Assembly (NCBI GenBank): GCA_013115145.1
Contig: JAAPAO010000258.1
Span: forward strand, 1-46,090
DNA: 46,090 nt
Direction of reading: 5' to 3'
Source: Perkinsus chesapeaki ATCC PRA-425
Lineage: Eukaryota > Protista > Perkinsozoa
Below are positions 39,662 to 46,090 of the stretch, piece after piece (the first letter of the stretch is position 1; each line of letters begins with the position of its first letter). Made by a program: the position numbers and the translations under genes. The notes beneath the pieces were generated by a model. It saw only the letters and a list, made by a program, of their open reading frames with translations. It was not told where the DNA came from and searched no databases.

Positions 39662-40618
39662 ATGCCAACCCATACCGTCGCTGTTATTGGTGCCACTGGT
39701 ATGTTCGGTAAGGAGATTTCTCTCTCCCTTCTGAAGCTGGGAAATGCTGTAATCGCCTTCACTCGTAGCATTACTGATAAGAAGTCTGTTATACAACAGT
39801 TAGAGTGTGCTGGTGCTAAAGTAAGTATTCATACTGTAAATACATTCAGACCCCCTTTATAGGTAGTAGAAGTCCCCGACCTTACAGATGAGGCTTCAGT
39901 GGCTACTGCATTCCGTGACAATAAGGTTGATACTGTTATTTGTGCTATGCATGGTACAGCTCCTGTTATCGAGAATGTTGAGGGTCACATCATTAATGCA
40001 GCTGTTAAGAGCGGCACTGTCCAACGCTTCTGCCCCGATGAATTCGGTGTTCATACCGGTGCGATCCCGTGGGGGATGTGCAAACTGTTTGACGTGAAGA
40101 AAGGAATGCAGGAACGGGTCCGCAAGTCTGGTATGAAATGGACCTGTATCTTCATGGGCGGCTTGTTCCCCTATTTCTTGCCTTCCTTGAAGTACGGTCG
40201 TGGTGTCATCGAGAGCTATGGCAACATGGATGCTGTTTTCTATAACAACTATGTCGGAGATGCCGGGTTGATGATCGCTAAGGCAGCCACCGATGATCGC
40301 ACTGTCAACAAGTATGTACAGTTTCAGGTTAACCCGAGCACTCAGGCAAAGAACCTTGCTAGGGTTAGAAAACTCTACCCAGACCACGAGTTCCCGGAAA
40401 AGCACTTTGATGAGGCCGAACTAATCAGACTTATGCGTGATGATGGCGACAATGAGAAGTGGGCCGTACAGTACGCCATTTTCTGTATGGGTAGGATGAA
40501 TTGCGTCGATTTTCCCAACACTATGCTGGGCAATACTATCATGCCATCCGACTATAAATACACCACCATTGAGGAGTGTTTGTCCGATCCTTCATTTGTG
40601 TTCCCTGATAATCAGTGA
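39662..40618 (+). CDS. NmrA-like / isoflavone-reductase-like atypical short-chain dehydrogenase (NADP-binding)
   Basis: Rossmann motif VAVIGATGMFG; a single GT-AG intron (~39821-39862); VDTVIC, RFCPDEFG, putative catalytic Lys in FDVKK, KWTCIFMG; TGA at 40618. Confidence 0.88.
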
Positions 40619-41229
40619 GCATTTAGATGTGCGCTGTCATACTCCCTTCGATCGTCCTGTCTGAGGAGGTCTCAAGTCTGTCTGTGCCGTAAATCTCTGT
40701 TCAAGAATTCTCACCATTGTTAGGACTCCCCATACCTGTGGTGCTGAGTTGATGTTAAATGTCAATTTAAAGTGCTAACGTTATACCAATTTACGTCTGT
40801 GATCTGATACAACCATCACTTATTAACTTATTGCGTGTGTACTTGAGTCTAATTCCCAGATCTCGAGCGCTATTCGGTTCAGGCTGTACTGTACAGCCCG
40901 TACAGCTTAGTCGTGGGACAAAGTGGTTAACTGATTCAAGCGTCGTTTTTTATACCACTGCCACTCCTTCTAAGAAGCAAATAATGGCATTACCACATAA
41001 TAAATCAAACAAATACATATCGTGTGTATATCACACTCATGCACTTCTGACATCATCGCCCGCACTCGTTAGATTTCTACTCAGATTACGACTTTCCAGA
41101 TGCCTCTCGGTATCGTGGCAGTGAGACTATAATGCCGTTCTTGGGCTCATAGCCATCCTTGAAACACTGGTGACGTACGACAATATAAGTTACAGGGATA
41201 TTGAGTTTGTAAATGGCGGACTCATTAGA

Positions 41230-44200
41230 TAGCTTACTTAAAGGAAGCGGACAAAAGGCAGTGGTGAGCGCTGATGCTGCCAAAGCTGCACTGGAAGAGA
41301 ACAAACGGCTAGAAGAGGTAGCCTATGCAGAGTAAAGAAATTCATGCGACTACTAGGAAATCGCGCTCCTTCAAACCGGGTCGATCCATTCTGAACAATC
41401 GAAGAAAAGTGGTGAGTTGTAGCAAACAGCATTTCAACGAGTAACGCATTTCTGCCATCCCATAAATCTGTAGGAAGTCATGTGGACCCAACTGGAGGTT
41501 ACGACGAAGAATTTGATGCTTTGTTCAACGAGTGGAGCGGGGATGGTATGTCAATGTCACTGGGCCATGTCAGTTTGTCACGGACAGTATACAGTAGTCC
41601 CTGATCGAGTGAAATGCACAGTGAACCCAACCAGGGGTACATATCGCTAGATAGAGTTGCAATCTTAGATGGAGGGCACCGCTCCAAGGTGCGCGAGTCG
41701 AAGGAAGCGGAATCAAACTCGGCTCCATCGTCCGCTCCAGCGAAGAAAGGTAACGATGAGGCGAGAATAAATACGGCACCTGGACCTCTGCCGTCAATTC
41801 AAGGTAAACAGCGTTTTGTATGTTCTTTCCTGAAGCATGGACGCCCGTAGGCCTGCTCGGAGGCCCCGAGGAGGAGCGTTCGTAAGTTACGCTGTATCGA
41901 GACTGCGCCAGAAGATGATCAGGGAACCTGTTCCAAATAGCTCCTCCCAACCTTCTAACAACAAAGAGAATATCATCAACTCGGCTGCTAATAAGCCTCT
42001 GATTTCAACAAGTTCTGGTAGGCCTGGAAAGCGGCGTTGTCAGTGTTTCTGGCCGGCACAGAACACTGCCTTTTCCAGGGCTGCTCAACAAACGCCTTGC
42101 AATATCTGGAACGCTTCACACACCGCTGAATGCCACCGGAAGGTCGCCACTGGACGCTTCTCCAATAGACAGAGTCGCAAACCCGGACGGTGTTTCGGGA
42201 ACTGCTTTTGGAGGTATCAAGTCATCGACATCGCTGCACCCTTTGACTCCCAACGACAGGACATCCGATAGTGGGCGACTCTCACAAGAAAAGCGAAGAC
42301 AAGCTCGATGAGCGAAGCATGCAAGATAAACTTTTAAAGTAAATTCGGTGTCTTTGACTGCCCACTCGCTTAGCTAACACTCTATAACAGTGTTATGGTA
42401 ATACCGTCACATTATTATAGCACCTCTAGCCACTGTGAATCATCATCATCATCATCATGGTGGAGCAACTTCTAGTACATGGCCAACCCTTGCTCGGCAT
42501 TCAGGGTCAATCTTGGCTATCACGAACTAGAAAGGAATGCTCGAAGAGTCCAAGAAACTCTGGAGGTGCTAGCAAATCCAAACTGGATATACAGAAGCTG
42601 CGCGGGGACTTTTCTATTTTTAGAATAAGTTATTTGATCTACAGAGAGCAAAAACTATAGATGAGGCGCGATTCAAGGATGAGGTGAGATACTAAACATA
42701 GGTCGTCACCGATTGCGCATGAGGAATCATGTTAGGTTGAACGGTTCAACTGGAAAATTGAGCAAGCTCGGCAAGAAGTGGAGAATGATCGTGATCGATA
42801 TGAAGGTAGGTTCTTGGGTTTGTGTTTTTATACCATGACCGCTAACAACTGAGTTGCTTGTCAGAGCGCATCAGAAGACTTGAGGAGCAACGTGCCTTGG
42901 ACAAGCAACACGCGGAAGAGGAGATACGTCGAGCTGTCTTGGACGAAGGAAGGAGGTCCGCTGGCCGGCCGACCTGATTTCCCGTCACAGCCTTGCTTTC
43001 GGGTTGGCATGTTCTTATGCACATGATGCTTGTGTCAGGCATGAGCTAGCCATGGAGAGAGCAGTTTTCCAGCATCGCCGGGAAATAGAAGTTCTCAAAT
43101 CTGACCACGAGAGAGAAATACACATACTTAAGCGGAAACAAGGTCGGTCATCACTTCCCTTGAGAGAAGTCGTCAGGCCTCCTGTTCAGAGGCCGAGATG
43201 GCATCATTGAAGGCTGCGTCTGGAGAGAGGGAGAAGCTTTCAGAGCTCACAGCACAAGTATGGCGTGGACACTATTCTATAGCGAGAACTAGTGTAGATG
43301 GCTGCCAATATGGCTCAATGGGAGGACGTGGCAAGTGCAGTTAAGGGAACCACTGCCATTACGGAACAGATGAAGTCACCAAAGATTTATTGCCGAGAAG
43401 TCGGGTCATCGAGTATCGTTCAGGTCTGACCAGTTGTCTGCGAGAGAGAACTTCGTAAGATCACTGGAAGCATCAATGAGGGAGCAGCAACGGCAAATCG
43501 AGGTGGGGTCATCAAGCCGCGTGGTGAGTAGGAAATGGTATTTAGCTTGAGAGATCGAAGCTGAGCGAGCTTACCCGAGAGATTGAGGAAGAGCAGAAGT
43601 AGTCGCGCCTTCTAGTTCGAGGACACTTTCGTTCTCTAGGCAGCAGCGGCTCGGTAGAGAAGCAGAGTCAATGAGACTGCAGACCGAACACGCAAGGCTC
43701 CAGGAACTTCAGGAGACCGCTAGGCAGATGCAGCGCGATACGAGGCACCGGCGGAAACCTATTTTCTCTATCTGGATTCCAAGTCTACAGGTCGGCCATC
43801 ATAACGAGGGAGGCTGCAGTCGAGGCAGCGGCGCGGGACTTGAACGAACGGAAATTGGCATTGGAGTCCCAACAGAAGGCAGCCGAGCTCGATATGGAAG
43901 ACCAGGAAAGAAAGTAAAGCAACCTTCTATCGTTTACTTGTCGAAAAGCTTGCTCTTCAGGCTGCGGGCAGAGTGGGAGAAGCTTAGATGTGTTCAGAAG
44001 TCTGTGGATCTGAGCCTAGCCGCCACGCAGAGGCGTGCCGCAGAAGCGGAGGTGGCAGTGGCGCGACATTGCGATAGAGCTGCCGCCGAGTCGGAAGTTC
44101 TCGAACGGAAACGCCTACAGGTGCATTATAGTAATCAACGCTTAGAAGTGATTCAGTGACAGATAGCCGAGGAATCGGCAGAGCTTGAAAAAAGAGTTAA

Positions 44201-44750
44201 ACTCTTGCGCGAACAAGAGGCCCATGTCCGAGCAGACATGGACAGTATGGTGAGTACTAAGCTGTGAGGTGATGATATCAGGAATGCACCAAGGTGGAAC
44301 TTGCGTCGCGAGTCAATAGTCGGGCAGAGCAAGTGGCTGAAGCTTATGCAGCCGCCGAACAAGTTCGATCTGAGGTAAGTATGAGGCATTGAAATTCCAG
44401 GTACTTGTGAACATTCACAGGCACATAGGTCGCACGCCGATCTGAATGGCAGGGAAGAAGAACTTGTCCAAGGAGCGAAAGAGCTTGAGGAGTCCAAGAA
44501 GTACACTGCCTATCGATCACATGCAACAGAGGCTCAATTCCTTAGAGAGCTGGAAGAACAGCGATTGAAATTGATGGAAGCCGAAGTCGCAATAAGTGCA
44601 CTCAAACTCGAAGCAGCTGATCATGGTGCTCCATTTCAAGCGCCAGTTGATATTCGCTTTGGCCTTGGTGCCTCGGATTCTTATTCTTTGGTACATATAC
44701 AATTGAAAGCTATTAATACCGAAAAGAGGATACTCGCAGACTATCTATAG
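41230..44750 (+). CDS. FBF1 (Fas-binding factor 1, basal-body transition fibre)-like coiled-coil protein; ends approximate
   Basis: Low-complexity N-terminal half followed by many coiled-coil exons whose order resembles the FBF1 C-terminal region from memory: HRREIEVLKSDHEREIHILKRKQ, QLSARENFVRSLEASMREQQRQIE, LERSKLSELTREIEEEQ, ESMRLQTEHARLQELQ, EDQERKLRAEWEKL. Confidence 0.55.
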
Positions 44751-44859
44751 CTAGTTTTCAGACGACAGTCACAAACCCCCCTTTGACTGCTCCCTCCCCG
44801 TCGACTAACCTATTCTCGTCTGGCTCGGCTGGCTTTGGGAGAGGTAGCTACTTAATGTC

Positions 44860-46090
44860 GAGCGGGACAGGTGGAGTTATTGCAGGGCTCCGAGTGCGTC
44901 GCTCCACTGATGATGGTAAGTGGAAAAAGTTGAGGGAGGAAGCCATGCAAGTCGATGAGTGAGCAACCGGTAGCCAACACCAGATATTGTAGTCATTCAG
45001 GTACATCTCTAAGAATCAGCAAGGTGTTACAGCTGTTAGGATGATGTCATCTACTCAGATCTTCCCATCTGGAATGTTCCAGCACACTCCCGTGCTGGCT
45101 ACATACCCACCGGCCCACGGGTATTGAGGTTAGAGAGTGTCAATTGGTCTACAATACTCTTGACAGTTTACGAAGCATTGTAAAGCAGCAGGAGCCTCCA
45201 AAGCACGAGATCGTGAGCTCTCCGGGCAATTCCTCGAGCCACCATACATTTGTGCCGTTGCAAGGGACTCCCCCACAGACAGCGTAGGCGGCGACGCATT
45301 CATGACCCTCATTTATCTCGATTCCAGGTTCTCGAGACCCGGTCACTTCGAGACTCTACTTTCTCCACTTCCAGGGACCGGTGAGCATTCCCTCAACGTC
45401 CCCCTGCCAGCGGGAGTCCACTTGTTAGGCGTGAGTGGGCAAGTGCAGCAAGTCGCCGCACCATCGATGCTACTGGACCCCCTATCGTTGGCATCTTCCG
45501 ATCAGGAAAGCGGCAGTAGAGGAGTAACCAGGCCGATGGCCATCCCCCCTTTGAATGTCGCTGCTGTAACTCCGCCATGAATAGCACGGTCACCGTCCCA
45601 CGGTGCTTGTATACATCACTTCTGTGTTGAAGTTCAACAGTTAAACCGTCCTTTCCGATGGCGCTGCCACGAAAAGGTTTCAAGTTGAGTCGAGATGACT
45701 AAACTAATCGTGGTACCCTCGTGCCTAAGGGGAATGGCTAACATTTAATGTTATTCCGGATGATGTTGCACAATGCACACAGAGTGACTCTGTTTTGGTG
45801 CGGAATCGCGACAGGTCCTCTCGGACAGGAGCCCTTGGAGGTCAAGACTTGGGATTGGGCTCCCTTGGACCAAGGGCCTTGGTTGCATCCACGGGGTCGT
45901 ATCAATATCATCAGACTGTGCCAGCATGGACACCGAACTCCTCGGGCCAGGCAGATTCAACAATGTCTCTCTGAGCTGCTGCATTATCGGAATTACCACG
46001 GATACCGTTGATAACCGTAAATCGCTATCTTTTCGGGAGAGTGGGAAGAGGGCGAAGGTGTTGACCGACAGCCGGATGGCGGCATGTCTT
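44860..46090 (-). CDS. Partial hypothetical multi-exon gene running off the window end
   Basis: Exon-like minus-strand segments (IPIMQQLRETLLNLPGPRSSVSMLAQSDDIDTTPWMQPRPLVQG; VDSRWQGDVEGMLTGPWKWR) with GT/AG edges; no recognisable domain. Confidence 0.25.

Overview
Eukaryotic, gene-dense DNA with many short introns (mostly ~45-60 nt). The supplied ORF track therefore shows exon fragments and antisense artefacts, not genes. Tiny GT-AG introns, at least one GC-AG intron, flagellar genes and a eukaryotic tRNA-Sec fit a Perkinsus-like alveolate best (inference). Manual exon stitching gives, left to right: a long repetitive coiled-coil protein (-), a WD40/beta-propeller protein (-), a small Ac45/VOA1-like V-ATPase accessory protein (-), mitochondrial cysteine desulfurase NFS1 (-), a CIMIP2/FAM166-like microtubule inner protein (+), a full-size ABCA transporter (+), an Amun-like HhH protein (-), tRNA-Thr(AGT) (-), a UBASH3/Sts-type 2H phosphoesterase (-), a DDX3/Ded1 helicase (-), RPS15A (+), tRNA-Sec(TCA) (+), an NmrA/isoflavone-reductase-like SDR (+) and an FBF1-like coiled-coil protein (+). 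The most striking unexplained signal lies in the gap between ABCA and the Amun-like gene. It is a minus-strand structured RNA with telomerase-RNA architecture: boundary hairpin, a 12-nt template-like CCGAAACCCGAA, an H-type pseudoknot and an enclosing helix. It predicts an unusual TTTCGGG telomere repeat and is flanked by a 75-nt near-perfect fold-back. All homology calls come from motifs recognised by eye; no searches or folding programs were run.
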